A DNA stretch of 64,000 nucleotides from Chrysomallon squamiferum. Lineage: Eukaryota; Animalia; Mollusca. Position numbers and translations under genes: made by a program. The stretch lies in the NCBI GenBank assembly GCA_012295275.1, contig CM022665.1, positions 12,338,001 through 12,402,000 on the forward strand, in the 5' to 3' direction. Shown here piece after piece: positions 37,657 to 53,750 of this stretch (position 1 is its first letter; every line of letters starts with the position of its first letter). Under the pieces are notes generated by a model. The model had not been told where the DNA came from. It searched no databases and saw only the letters and a list, made by a program, of their open reading frames with translations.

Positions 37657-38108
37657 GTGTATGTCCAAAATAACATTTGCTTTCATATCCAAATTTTTTG
37701 TCTACTATAATGGATGATTCCACCACAATCTATCCCTATTCCCAAGATTATGTTCTTTACAACTATTTATTTATTTATATTTATTTGTTTATTTAACGAT
37801 ACCCCAGCCCCCCCCCCAAAAAAAAACCACCCCCAAAAAAATCCAAACAACCAAAAAAACAAAAGTTCGATATTGGGTTTTGTTCAAAGATAAATAAAAC
37901 ATAATTCTTTATCACCTAATTCCTTATTAAATAACGTGTCCTATTTATCAGTAAAAACATCCAGCTCAGCCTTGAACACAATTTTTACTTGGTTATTTTG
38001 TACCTGGTGTGATCCGATCATTAAAAATGCACAACGTATAACTCATCTACTTGGGCAATTATCCGCTTGACCTATTTGTTCCTATTTTAGTTCATGCTAC
38101 ATTGTGCA

Positions 38109-38140
<32 letters not shown>

Positions 38141-38854
38141 CTATGCATACTTCCCCTATTTGATTAACTAAAGGGTTACTCAAGATAATCTAATTTCAAG
38201 AAAAAAAAAAAAATCGAGTTAGCCATGGGGAAACAATATGCACTTAAACGTGATGTGAGGAGGGGGGGTGTAAAACCGACGCCCGCCATACTCCTACTTT
38301 TAACTCTTTTTTTTTTCTTCTTTTTATTTATATATTTTGTTCATTATTTTTCTTTTTATTTTCATTATTTTTCTTTGGCATATCAACAACAATCAAATGT
38401 CCCCTGTTTTGTATTTCTGAAATCTTTGAAACATTCTACAGATTCTGCTGCTAGTATTTGTATGCTTACGATGGTTATCGTTTTCATCTTTTTGTTATTA
38501 TTAATAATATTATTGCTGTTGATGATATCAATGAAGATAATGATCAGTTGATTATTGTCATATAAACTCATTTCTATTAATTACTTTATTGGTTTTCATT
38601 TATAAATTTTCAAGCTTAGCCCTACTCATTATAATTATTTGTTACTGAAATTCCTTTTCATAAACAGCACCTACCTAATTGTTGCCGTTATTTTTTCAAC
38701 AATCTCTCCTCATATTGTCGTTTATTTCTACAAATTCACCTTTTTGCTTTTATTTATAATTTTTTAAAGCTTTGCTTAGTTCTTCTTGTTTAAGATGACG
38801 TATCTTAATTATTATCTTTAATTAAACGGATGTATCCAAATTTTTTTCATTATA

Positions 38855-39062
38855 TAAACTGAACTCTCCTCATTATTGCGTATCTAAAAATCCGTATCCT
38901 AATTATTGTCGTTACATAAACTGAACTCTCCTCATTATTGCGTATCTAAAAATCCGTATCCTAATTATTGTCGTTACATAAACTGAACTTTCCTCATTAT
39001 TGCGTACCTAAAAATCTGTATCCTCGTTTTTGTCGTTACATAAACTGAACTCTCCTAATTAT
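38855..39062. repeat. 62-bp minisatellite x~3.3 built from two related ~31-bp halves
   Basis: Units start at 38855, 38917, 38979, 39041; degenerate monomers on both flanks. Confidence 0.9.
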
Positions 39063-39298
39063 TTCTGTTACTACTGAATTATCCTAATTATTGTCGTTGC
39101 ATAAAACGAGTTTTCCCTATAATTGTCGTTATTTAATATAAACTTCTCACGAGTTTGTTGTTATTTACAACATTATTGTTGCTGAGACTGGCTTATCCTA
39201 GATGACGTAATGACACGATATACAATAGCTCCAGTCTGTGGCTAGATGTAAACACTTTTTTTTTTTTTTTTTTTTTTTAACAATGGCTGCATGTCTTA

Positions 39299-39377
39299 GG
39301 CCGAGAATCCATTTACCCGATACCGAAACCGCACCGAAACAATGTCGTGTCGGTTTAGAGTAAATGGATTCCCAGCC
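39299..39377. mobile_element. 79-bp PIF/Harbinger (Tourist-like) mini-MITE
   Basis: TIRs ggccgagaatccatttac / gtaaatggattcccagcc (16/18 match), with TTA directly flanking both sides (39296-39298, 39378-39380). Confidence 0.75.
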
Positions 39378-40127
39378 TTACCTAGACACTCTTGTATAAC
39401 GTCTACAAATAGAGCAATTACTGTACAGACGTTGTTTTAAAAGACGATGCGACTAGCCTGAGGCTATGTAAAACGGCTGACTGTTAGGTGATTCCGTAAC
39501 TATGACGCCAACCTCTCATTCTTTATGGTTTGTGGCATTAAATATTAATCTTATATAATATAACTTTTTCCACACACGTCGGGTATAAGGAAGAAGTATT
39601 TACAGTACTTGTGATGACGTTGTGTGCGTATGTTTGTGTGTGCACGAATGAGCGTGTCTCTGTGTGCATGTGCGCGCGTGTCTAGAGTGGTAGAAAGATA
39701 AAAAGACAGATTCTCAGAAAAAGACAAATAGACAAATATGCAGGCAAACAGAGAGGCAGGTTGATAATCAGACAGCAAAGTAGGTGGAAAGACAAAAAGA
39801 CGGAGATCGATGGATAGACAAACAGACGATACACAGACTGACATAGTGACTGATTCACAAATGGCGAGATGGACAGACCGAATGATAAACGAATGAATTC
39901 GTTTCTATTTGGGTTTATGGAAAAGATATGTTGGTATTTTTTTCTGTTTCATTTTTTTTTTTTTTTTTTTTAAATCGATTTCTTTTAAAATGATTTTCGT
40001 TTTATCTTATCTAGATTGGATACAGTCTAAAAGTACTGCAGAATATAGAAACTGTCACTGGAACATTAACATGATCGTTACTTTTTCAAAACAATTACGC
40101 AGAGAGGTTTTGCTTGAAAAAAAAAGA

Positions 40128-40169
<42 letters not shown>

Positions 40170-40348
40170 CAAAAAGAATTTACCCGTATATTTAGATTTG
40201 AAAACAGCTGGATTTAACAATCATTCTAATGTGATTACAACAGATAATAAGATTACAGTTTTTCTTTATTTAATTTTTTTAAAAATTAAACAGGCAGATG
40301 TTGTTTTGTAATTTTCTTATATATATACCTTTCGTTAATTAAAAAATA

Positions 40349-40398
40349 TCTGCGACGGACGCGCCCGCTGACCTGTCAGAAAGCGTGCCCGTCGCAGA
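40349..40398. other. GC-rich 50-bp hairpin
   Basis: tctgcgacgg pairs perfectly with ccgtcgcaga; further imperfect inner pairing. Confidence 0.7.
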
Positions 40399-40506
40399 CG
40401 TGCTTCACAACAGCTTGCTCTGATTAGCACGTTAATTTTTTTCCATTTCCATTTTCCATTAAAAAATAACGCCTGGATGGAGATTATAATATTAAAAAAA
40501 AGAAGA

Positions 40507-41075
<569 letters not shown>

Positions 41076-41504
41076 ATTACCATGCTTTGATACACACTGT
41101 CGAAGAGACTCACCGAAGGACATTTATTCCGAGAAGACATTTAAACAGTTTCAGTATTCTTTCCACTTCATTTTAACTGTTTATTTACAACAGACCACTG
41201 TTAATAAACAATCCAATTCCTTTTGTTGTGTTTCTAGAGCAATTTTCACATCAGTGAAACCAAAGTACCGAATCGATCTTCCTCCGGGACAAGGCGATAC
41301 ATGGTGTGCTTGTAAATGATTTAGATGCGAGCAGTCACTCTGTAGAAATCCCATGTTACAAACGAGCGCACATTTATCAATTTTTTCTCTCTCTCTTAAG
41401 CCAGACATCGGTGATTTCTGGCTCAACCAAAATTGCACTATACCCAGCAGTGTATTTGTTACATGTTTGTTAAAGTCATACATAAGTGAGTGAGAAAGAG
41501 AGTC

Positions 41505-41640
<136 letters not shown>

Positions 41641-41901
41641 CAGGCGAGAAATATAGACTGACAAGGGAAAACGACTTTCACAATGGAAGAAATGGGGGAT
41701 GAAAGATGTAGAAACCAAAATGCAAGACAGTTAATGAATTATTGTTAAGGACAGACGGAAAAAGTGAAAGGGAGACAGAAAAAGAGATACTGATAAACAG
41801 TATCTGTAGAACTGACTTGTTGACAAAGAGAGGGCAGAGATATTGTTAGAGAAAGAATACCGAGAGATAAACGAGAAATAGTGGGTGACAGAGATACAGA
41901 A

Positions 41902-42115
41902 AATATATTTCTAAAGAGCCATTAGTCAAATAGTGTGTCTTTTATTACATAATCCATGTTCAGATAACATTAATGTTACTTAATGCATGAAAAGGAAATG
42001 CTATACCATGCGTCTACAATCACACCCAGGACTTCACAGGACTTTCTTGTTTCCGTCCCATGAAGTAAATCAAATTTATCAACATTCATTTGTGTTTCTT
42101 GTGAGAGTGTGTACA
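41902..42115 (-). repeat. Inverted copy of 19099-19317, followed by (CA)n(GA)n
   Basis: Direct reverse-complement comparison. Confidence 0.93.
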
Positions 42116-42595
<480 letters not shown>

Positions 42596-43150
42596 CGAAT
42601 TAGGTCTCAAAATGTACAGATTATAATTTGTCAAAAAATTCCAATTTTACTCAGTTTTGTCTTCGATGTAATCATTTTCCCGTATCGAGCTGTTTTCACC
42701 TTCCTTCAGAAATCGTTGATTAGCTAATGGATCCGGATCTAGATGTTCAGAGATAATAAAAACTTCTTGTTAACTGTACTGAAAAAAAATGCATTCATTT
42801 ATCTTTGGTCAACCTCCTATTAGTACTTCTCAAAAGTTCTTGGTGAAGTAATAAAACGATAACCGCATCAAAAGAATTACCCTCTGATGCTTTCTAACCT
42901 CTTAGCGACAACTGCTATGAGCTGATGTCAAAAAGGGGATGTAACTGAATGTCATTTAGAGTTACCGTTCTTCTTGTAACCGCAGTCAACGGCGACGTTT
43001 ACGTTATTAAAAGAGACAAGAGGTAATAAAATAATTACTAGCTGTCTGCGAGACCTTATTGATTACCTGAACCAAACTCTCAGATCTATGCTGCTATTTC
43101 ACCAGTAAGAGATGTCTGTATAAATTCATACTATTATCTCTAGTGTATCT

Positions 43151-43385
43151 GTATGTATGTATGTATGTATGTATGTATGTATGTATGTATGTATGTATGT
43201 ATGTATGTATGTATGTATGTATGTATGTATGTATGTATGTATGTATGTATGTATGTATGTATGTATGTATGTATGTATGTATGTATGTATGTATGTATGT
43301 ATGTATGTATGTATGTATGTATGTATGTATGCATGTATGTGTGTATGCATGTATGTATGTATGTACTTATGTATGTATGTACGTA
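43151..43385. repeat. (TATG)n microsatellite
   Basis: Seen directly. Confidence 0.97.
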
Positions 43386-44561
43386 CCAATGTACTTAGGT
43401 ATATTGATAATATGTATTCACATATGAATAAATTACGTGTATAATATATTGTTATTATTCTTACATATTTAATATTTTAAATAGATTAAAACAATAATAA
43501 CCATATCCTTTAGATAGAATGTCTGTAAAAACAAAACTCACATTATATGATTAATGGACTGCTGGACCTTAGAGAGGTAGAAGGCATTTAATTACTATAA
43601 TTCAATCGAACTCAAAATGTACTTGTGAAACTTACTATCTAGTAGAAATCAGTTATTTAATAATTTTAGTACAAAATGTGAATATTTATGTACACGTACT
43701 AAAAGAAAAAACAACAGCAGAACAACTGACATTCCATTTCTCGCATTCTCTTGTTGAGATTCTTCATTCCACAGAAGTGGATGAGGCTTTCACCGACAGA
43801 GTTATCTCCCGTCCCTCGAAGCTTTAAGTATGATCGTGTTTTTCATTTGGGAATATCGGTGGCATCGACAAACACTAAACGTGTGATGCTGTATGTCATG
43901 GAATGGCGTGTTAATCGTTCGAACATTTGGAAATAAGAAATTAAAAGGCTGTAATGTCGTTCGAATAACCTCGTTTTAAATCATGCCCGCCATCTGTTTT
44001 TGGGTGAACAATGTTTTTCGTTGAAAACATATCAAGAATATTCATTGAGCCTTTTCTGTTCTCAAAGCTTTGCACACGCTTTTTCTTGAATATCAGTTTC
44101 GTATAAAAAATAAATAAATGACTCTTTACATATAAGATATCAATAATGGTAATTCACTGCGAAAGATAGCTGTACTTCATAAAAACAAAATATGAATAAA
44201 ACATTTGAGTAACGGCGGTTCCTTGTTCAGAATGAAAAAAAAAAGAAGTTTGAATGTACTTTTTATATCCAGTATCAAAAAACATAATCTCTCACTCTCT
44301 CTCTCTCACTCTCACTCTTTGTGTATGTATATATCTGTCTGCCAGTCTGTCTATTTCCATATTTATCATTTTATCTGTCTCTGTGGTCTTGTTTGTCTTT
44401 ATCTCTGTCTTTGCATCTATCAACTTGCCAACTATATGTCTCTGTCTGTATGTCTATCTATTAAAATAGTCTGTCTTTTTCTGTTAGCTTTTTTCTTTGT
44501 TCTGAATCTCTTTTTATTTATCAGATTAATAATCCACGAATCTGTACACTATCCATCTGTG

Positions 44562-44644
<83 letters not shown>

Positions 44645-45159
44645 CTCTCCCCCTTTCTCTCTTTCTCTGTGTGTTTCTATCCAGTCAATCAAAATATTTC
44701 TGTAATCCTAAACAGACTCAAAGTGAAGCCGCAAACTTTAATATACGATATGAAAAACTTGTATCGATTTTCTAATGGCCAACCTTCCGCAGTTCACTGT
44801 CCCAGAATCTACCTATCAAACCGCTTCGCTCATCCCTTTTCCCGTTAAATCACTTCTGACTTTTCTTTTTACACGATTCTGGTGCACACTTAATTACGGT
44901 CTCGGTACTACAACAGTTTACAGAACTGAGAACTTTTCAGCGACTTCGGTCTCAAGAACTGATGAGCGGATTAACTTACTCAGTGCGAGGTTCCAGGAAT
45001 TTTTTTCCTCACTTGTTACACACAAAACGAAATGCTTTCCAGAAACGGTTTTGTCGATAAACGGCTAAGAAGATTCAAAGAACTTTGAAAAAAAAAATAT
45101 ATATATATATATATTGTGATTTACTTATATATATATAAAGATTAATTGTATTACATAAT

Positions 45160-45460
45160 ATGGAAGTATTACTTTCAAACTTAACCGAAGCGGGTTCAAA
45201 TACGAGTTTTATGATGAATGATAACAATTTATCTAGTGTTCTCAACGTGGATGTTCTAGTAACCTCTATCCTAGGCACGAAAAGGAAAGACTTAGCCTCC
45301 GTTATTATACTTATGACTGTGTACTGTCTGATATTTCTAACGGGGGTCATTGGCAATGTTAGCACGTGTATCGTGATAGCGCGGAATTCTTACATGCACA
45401 CAGTGACCAACTACTATTTGCTCAGTTTGGCCGTCTCAGATGTTTTGACGCTTGTAATAG
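45160..45460 (+). CDS. Class A neuropeptide GPCR, neuromedin-U / pyrokinin / CAPA (PRXamide) receptor-like, first coding exon (N-terminus, TM1, most of TM2); partial gene
   Basis: Three N-glycosylation sequons (NLT, NTS, NLS), LGTKR before TM1, GNVSTCIVIARNSYMHTVTNYYLLSLAVSD signature; ends at AG|gtgagt, phase 1. I found no exon encoding TM3 / (D/E)RY in 45461-64000. Confidence 0.92.
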
Positions 45461-45714
45461 GTGAGTAACATTTTTGACTGGTTTTTTTTTTTTTTTTTTT
45501 GTTTTTTTGTTATTGTTGTTGTTTTTCTTTATCGGCTTTTGTTTTAACAAGACTGAATGATTATTAGTTCTTGGTTACCTTGATAACAGAAACATCGGTA
45601 GATCATACAAGGTGAAAATGTATTTGTTAGAGAAAGATGGAAAAGAATAACTTATAAAGTTGTCATTCAAACTTTTAAAAGTTTTCTCAGTATGGTTTTA
45701 TTGTCTGCGTGTTC

Positions 45715-45760
<46 letters not shown>

Positions 45761-45828
45761 TTGTGTGTATGTGAAAGAGGAAGACAGACAGAGAGAGAAA
45801 GTCATGGCGATATCGTAATTATAGATAA

Positions 45829-45875
<47 letters not shown>

Positions 45876-46467
45876 TTAATACTAGTAGTAGTAGAATTAG
45901 GGATGATGTTGAGAGTGGTAATAATACCATCAGTAGCAGTAGTACAGTAGTAATAATAGTAGTAGCAGCAGCAGCTGCAGTAGTAGCAGTAGCAGTAAGA
46001 TTAGCAGCAAGAGCAGCAGCAGGAGTGGTAGTAATAGCTGTAAACTGATAGATATAAAAACATTTCTATCACTGTGAAAATGTGTAATTACAACTGTCCA
46101 GTCAAGATCATGTAAATGTTCCCCTCCTGCTACTCGATAGTACTAAACCTGAAATGGCAGCAGCTAACTTTCTTTGACATCTTCTTAATCCTGAAAAAAT
46201 TAAGTTCAACAGATAATATGTTCAGATTTCGTAAATCAAGTATCTATTAATTCGTTCATTCTTTATCTTACTGTATCTTTTATTTTCTTCTATACGTTTC
46301 TCTCACTGATCATTTTTCTTTCCCTGACTTTCTTCTCTCTCTTTTTCCTTTCTTCTCTTTATCTCTGCATCACTCACTCGGTCTCACAGTCTCCATTTCC
46401 TCTTCTTGTTCATTTTCTTCTTTTCTTCTTTATTCTCTGTCTCTCGCTCTCTCTTACTCTCACTTTG

Positions 46468-46602
<135 letters not shown>

Positions 46603-47880
46603 CGCTCTTCCTTCCTCTTTCACTATTTCTTTATTTCCCCGATCGAATATTACCTTTTTTAATTTGTATTTTTAGTAAATAATATGTTTCATTAGTCCCT
46701 TATAATGTATACAATCCACTGTCAGCTATCTATAGAAAAACACGATTATACTCGGAAATACCTTTGTAGATGTTCATTGATTGATAAAATCATGGTCAGA
46801 CACGCAGGACAAAAGCTTGGGTCAATAAATTGATTTACATTATACTTTTACTCTGAAAATACAAAGCTATATATAATTTTAATGTTGTGCTTAATCTATT
46901 TTTTAAAATTTTCTTTTGTACAGTAAATTCAATTTATTTGTTCTTGTATGTGTGTGTATATTTATTTTTATGTATGTATGTATGTGTGTGTGTGAAGGTG
47001 TGTGTTGTGTTTGTAAGTACGTATGTATCCTTGTAGATATGAATTATTGTATATTTATACCTATAATAATTATATTAACTTTTGCAATTATTAATTGTCG
47101 ATATTTCAAAAAATAAAAAATAAAATATACAATTTTGTAATTGCTGAAAAAATAGTTTAATGTACTACGATACACTGAAATGCTCATTCTGAAATAACTT
47201 AACCATTACCGTTTCCTGTTCACAGGAAATTTTTTATTTACGACTGACAATATTCAGTAAAGATATCAAAACATTCAACTCTCCTTTCTTTTTTCAACAT
47301 ATCAAATGCTCGCGTTTTCCTTACTGACAGTTTACGTCAGTCATTCAGCTGTTTACGTGATCTTGACTTCCAACTGTTCACACATCCTTTTAAAGTAATT
47401 TTACATTTCTCACGTAATTACCACTTCGATTGAAAACTCTGCATAAAATGGCGGGATAACTATACTAAACACATTAAGGCTTCGACTGCACACAATTGCT
47501 GACTCTAACCACAATGAAGGCATAGCGATCTGTATATTGGCTAATCAAGAAAAGGTTTAAGACTGATTTGTAAAGGTGAAGACTGACAATGGTAAACGTG
47601 TTCTAAGTAAGAAATAGAAGCATAATTAGTAGACGACTGACGTTGCTTTGCTGAGCTGGAACGTGTTAGAAGTGCAGAAGGGAAGTAAACTCATTAACAT
47701 GAAGAATTCAGCAGACTAGAATAATTAAATATTTACAAAAGAGTGGTTTCTTATAATTATTATCTGCATCTGTCTGGATTTACATTTGTACACATATGGG
47801 TAGACGCATGTATGCACGTACACGTGTAGGAATGTATGCAAGTGTGTGTGTATGTACGTACATATGTGCATATAACTATT

Positions 47881-47927
<47 letters not shown>

Positions 47928-47956
47928 GTCTATATATATGAATATATGAATATATA

Positions 47957-47990
<34 letters not shown>

Positions 47991-48486
47991 CATTTATTCA
48001 TGTAGGTATTTATATGTTATCTATGTATGAAGTATGTATGCAAGTACGTATATATACAAATATGTGTAGAATGCTATGCTTTACGTATATGTATATATTG
48101 CATAAATATGTAATGCATTTTTAATATTTATATAGGTATTCGCCTTAATGTCTATCTATCTAAGCATCTCTGTGTATATGCATCTAATTATATTTGTTTC
48201 ATTATCTCTGTATGTCTGCCTCGCTGTCAGTCTGTCTATGTATTTATATATCAGTGATTTATCTACGTGTCAATCACGACCAAACTGACAGACAAAAATC
48301 CCTGTAGCGAATGCACCACACACAATTCAATATATCTACAGTGAAAACATATACTTTATGTGTAGACGTCTAGGTTTAAGAGTTAAGTTCATCTACGATA
48401 GGCTTTCCAGTCTGTTGAAGATATATCTTTGACGAGCCGCCCAAACAGTTAAACAGGACGTTATCTTGTCTGGTTTGGCCTTCAGA

Positions 48487-48518
<32 letters not shown>

Positions 48519-51285
48519 AAAGCTTGAAACTACAGCGAGATCCAATTTCCACTGATTACTGGCGTTATAACTGTTGATGTTTTTGTTGTTGCTGTTGTCG
48601 TTGCTGCTGCTGCTGTTAATGATGATGATGTTGTTTTCGTTTTATAAAGTATGATGTTCTTGATATGTGGAAACTAAGTAACCGCGATAGAAACTTTTGG
48701 AAAAACGTTTGTGCAGTATTAGAATTACGTCAGTTTCATTTACAAGTTCTGCTCACACTTAATAATTAATGTCATCCGGCTTAAAAAATATCAGAACATC
48801 TTTCAAAATAATCTTTACTGATTTAAAAAGAGATGTATACGTCATGCAGACTCCTCAGTGATGAAGACATCTTAATACTCAAAACAAAAAGAGAAAATAT
48901 TAAAACATTTAATTCTCATTGGTGTGATATTTATAGCACGTTTGCGTCAATACAAGACATGGTTAAGAAAAAGTGACAATATCTTAATGATGTTCAAAAA
49001 AATGTAAAAGTGAAGTATGGATGTAAGCATATTATATTGTATTTGATCTCTTAAGAAAATCTTAGTTTCAACTTTTTCTTATTTTTCATTTCTGCTTTTC
49101 GTTTTTCTTTTTATTCTTTTTCTATTTTTTTTTTTCTTCTTTTTCCGATTATTATTATTACTGTTATAATTATAATTATTATTCTTGTTATTATTACTAT
49201 TTTCTTTCGTCTTCATCCTCATCTTCTTGTACGTCCTTTTCTTCTTTCTTGCTTTGCGTCTTATCTTACTTATCGTCATCTTCATCATCGTCATCTTCTT
49301 CTTCTTCATCTTCGTCTTCATCTTCGTTTTCCTTCTGACATCTGACATGATCATTATATCTATTCTGAACACAATTAAACGTTTGGGTGGGCAGACCACA
49401 GAATACAAATCATTCTCACCTAAGGCAACTTTAATTAAACGAAGCAGATGCCCCCACATAACAGCAACACTTCAAAATTAGACGCATGTGCAGGAAGCTA
49501 CGCGATGAAAGACTGGAGACCGGTCTGAAGCGTTGACTTAATGATGTGGACAAAAAGGTTTACATGCATCAGCGCTAGCAAAGACACGACAGTTGTTTCT
49601 GTCAAAACTAAAAATGAAAAAAAAAAATTTAACTTAATTTATTTCGCTAACACAGAGCTCCGGAGCTTTTGCTCTAACCTAATTCTGAAATCCACCGCCT
49701 CATTAAGAATTTGCTTTCGTTAATTAACAAGAGTCTTCCAAAAATTCTGAAAATAAAATTAGTTAAAAGGTTGTTAATGTTAACACATGGTTGTTATCGC
49801 TGAACGGAAAATCAAACGTTATTTTGCTGTGGAATGAACCTATGGATCGTGTTTCAGAAAAGAAAAAAAAAACAGTGTGAAAATTTTACTAATATAAGTT
49901 TAAAGCTGGAAATGAGTGAATTAATAAAATGTATATTAGACGACGTCTTGTAATATTAATCGTTATAAGTAAAACAAAAAAGTTTTATATTCGATATTTA
50001 TTTTACGTATATGACAAGACAAGAAACGTAAGTCTCTACCGCCGCTGTGTGAATTGCTCTTGTCGATGACATACACATTCCAATATGAAACCACTTACGA
50101 TGGACTTTGACCAGTTAATCGAAGAACATTAACTGCAAAGAGAAACAGACCGTTTAACACATTTTGTTAAGCCTTATCCAGTTGAATAGACTTCCTGAAT
50201 ACTACTACTTGAGCAATGTACTTTTACCACTACTAATTTTATTACAGTTTAATATCGAATATCGCCATTACGTAACATCTCAGAAGGCTTTTAAATAATG
50301 ACGTAACTTACAGTTTACTCAAGTATTTAAAATTATCACATTTCGCTCCAGCCTAGTAATATTGCAAGTTTGTTAATGTAAAACTAAAATTAAAATAAAA
50401 TTTGCTGAAACTGGGAGGTTTTGTTAATCTAAAATTAATACAGGTGTGAACAGTATTGTATACGTAACAATGTAATGTGTTTCAATACCACGTTTGGTGG
50501 ATTTCGCATATATTATGCATATTTATTTATTTTCTAATTATTTTTTTAATTTCACTCCAGCTGATACGTGCTGTTAGCAAACTATTTTTGTTGATAATTC
50601 ACTAACCATGATGCTGAGTAGTTTTTTTTTTAATGTTATCATTCAAAGACTGATTACAGACACTAAAATGAAAATGGCGCGTTGTAACTTAAGATCAGTG
50701 AAGCGAAATATCGAGCCTGCAGAGTGTTATTTAATAAACAATGTCACACTGCTAATAGAATATTGTAATGCTAACGCATGCATAAAAAATATAACCTACT
50801 TAAACCACAAAAGTTATATGTGTGTATATACACACACACACACACACACAAATGCATATATTTGTATGTGCGTCTTCATACTTACATAAATGCGTGCACA
50901 CATACACATATCTATAAATGTGTAATTTAATTTGTACAGCTTACATAAATTATACTTCAAGCATATACGTGTAATCTGATATGCACGTGTCCTGATTACT
51001 CATATTTATACATCTACACTGTGAACACTTTTGTAGCAGTCGCAGTTCTAGAAATATCTAAAAATTGTTCTATCAAACAAAAACAAATCAAAACAGAAAT
51101 ACAGGAAGAATGTTAGGTGATAAGCAATACAAGTCGTATAACTTTAACTGCTTTGGCGGCTCATCGAATATATACTCACCAGAACGGAAATATTTCCATA
51201 GATAAATTTTAACTTTAAATCTGTAATTACTAAAAAATATATTTATTTAGTTCGTTCGTTCGTTCGTGATTTTATTTTATTTTAT

Positions 51286-51317
<32 letters not shown>

Positions 51318-52147
51318 TTTTATTTTATTTTTATTTTTTTTTTATTTTTTTTTTATTTTTTTTTTGATATTTTTTTTTAATTAATTTTATATTAATAAAA
51401 AAAAAAAAAATTCATATTTTTTTTTTTGTTTTTTTGTTAAATTAATTTTATATTAATCGATAGCCAGATACATAAATATTCACATATAAACGTACATTTC
51501 TACTAGATACTTATACCCACTGCAGTTTTAAGTATTTGTTACATAATAAGGAATACGTAAATGAATGAAAACCAATCATACCGCAACACCAATTTACTCA
51601 TTCAGAAACAAAAGTTTAATACACACACGCTTGTAACTTTGCCTTGTTTCTGTTCACCTAATTTGCCTAGACACTCTTATTCACGAAACCACACAACAGC
51701 AAGTACAGCTAGCTGACTGTTTGGATCTGAAGACCCACACAGCAGCGCTACGCATAGAAAGCTGTGTTTTCCACATCACAAAATACTGGATTTGTGTAAA
51801 ACTTGAAACGCTGAACTGGCACGAAATGTCAATTTTCATCGCGCAAGTTGCACACGATTAAGAACTCAAGTCCAGAGCAAATCAATGCCAGCAGTATTTG
51901 CTATCGGAAAATAAACGTGAAGATTGTGTAACGACACGGCAGATATCACATATGTTGTTGCACAGATGTCATATTACTACAGCTTATTCAGTAACGAAGC
52001 AGAGCGTGAATATCGAGGCCTGTACGCTGCTAGTATCTTGTAGTAGCTGTTTATTGTTTCGTTTGGTAACTGATGCCACAAGCGAAATTTGTCGAAGATG
52101 AAATAATAATGCTGAATAGCAATTAAAACGTCAATGATTATCAGTGC

Positions 52148-52187
<40 letters not shown>

Positions 52188-52899
52188 GTAAGCATGTTAG
52201 TATGTATGTTTACACATCTATGGTTATATGTGTTTGTGTAAATAAATGTATTTACGTATGTATGTACGTATATATATTTTTTATTTATGTTTGTATGTAC
52301 GTATATATATTTTTTTATTTATATTTGAGTGAATGTGTAGGTATATATATATTTGTGTGTGTGTTTGTGTGTTTAGGCATGTTTATATTTTATTTTGTCT
52401 TTATAATTTGCTTACGTGTTGGATTACTTACTTAAATTACCATTCTAAAGTTACCTTACTCATCAGTAATTCTGTCCCTCGTTAACACCCACACCCACTG
52501 AGTTATAATATAATCACCAACACGTACTTAACACTGCACCATCAAGACGTATTTATCATATTTCATATCAGACCTTCCCAAGTCAGTCTGCGGCCATCAT
52601 TAACAACCACTGCTGTATAGATTTTGCTCAGAAGTGCATTGCGGTTACTGCGGGCGCTGTGCGCATATGTTTCGTAGCGTATCTGAAGTTGATGTTTGGG
52701 ATTTAAGTATCGAATCTGTTCGTGGGAAGGTAATAACATCGCCAGTGAGAGAATTCGGGCCTCTGACGTTGTTATTCTTGTATTGGAAAAGTGAATCTGT
52801 CCTCAGGGCTGTTGCTTAATAAACGTGGTAGCGTTGACAGATATAAACACCCTGCTAGTTTGTATATCAGTACATAAATACACATTTATACACGCACAT

Positions 52900-53193
52900 A
52901 CACACATACATACATACGTATACCTACCTACCTACCATACCTAAATACATACATATATACATACATACATACATACATATACCTACATACATACATACAT
53001 ACATATACATACATATACACATACGTACATATACATACATACATATACATACATACATACATACATACATATACATACATATATACATACGTTTACCTAC
53101 ATAAATACATACATACATACATACATACACATACATACATATACACATACATACATATATACATACATACATACATATATATACATACATACA

Positions 53194-53227
<34 letters not shown>

Positions 53228-53310
53228 CATACATACATATACATACACATATATACATACATACATACATACATACATACATACATACATACATACATAC
53301 ATACACACAT
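52900..53310. repeat. Imperfect (CATA)n microsatellite
   Basis: Seen directly. Confidence 0.95.
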
Positions 53311-53667
53311 ATTTGCTATCATTATCCGTACCTTCCTTAACCAGATGTATGACGCAATACAATCGTAGATTTAATATGTCAGGTGCATAGTTAATGCTTT
53401 TGATTTATAAATGTTATATATGTATTATTTTGCCATTACAAAATTATCTCAAGTGATTTTTCTTTTTACGTCAACAGTAACCATATTTGAAATTCCAGTG
53501 CAAATGACAGCCTAAGACACTTGATGCAAATAAAAATATAATGAGTGATTTACAAGTGGAAATGCCTGAAACTGTAGGTGAAGTGTTTAATTTTGCTTTT
53601 ATTACTTGTTAGTTTTCTGAGGTTTTCTCTGAGCGTTTTAATGTATGTATGAGAGTGGTTGTGTGTG

Positions 53668-53700
<33 letters not shown>

Positions 53701-53705
53701 TCTCT

Positions 53706-53750
<45 letters not shown>

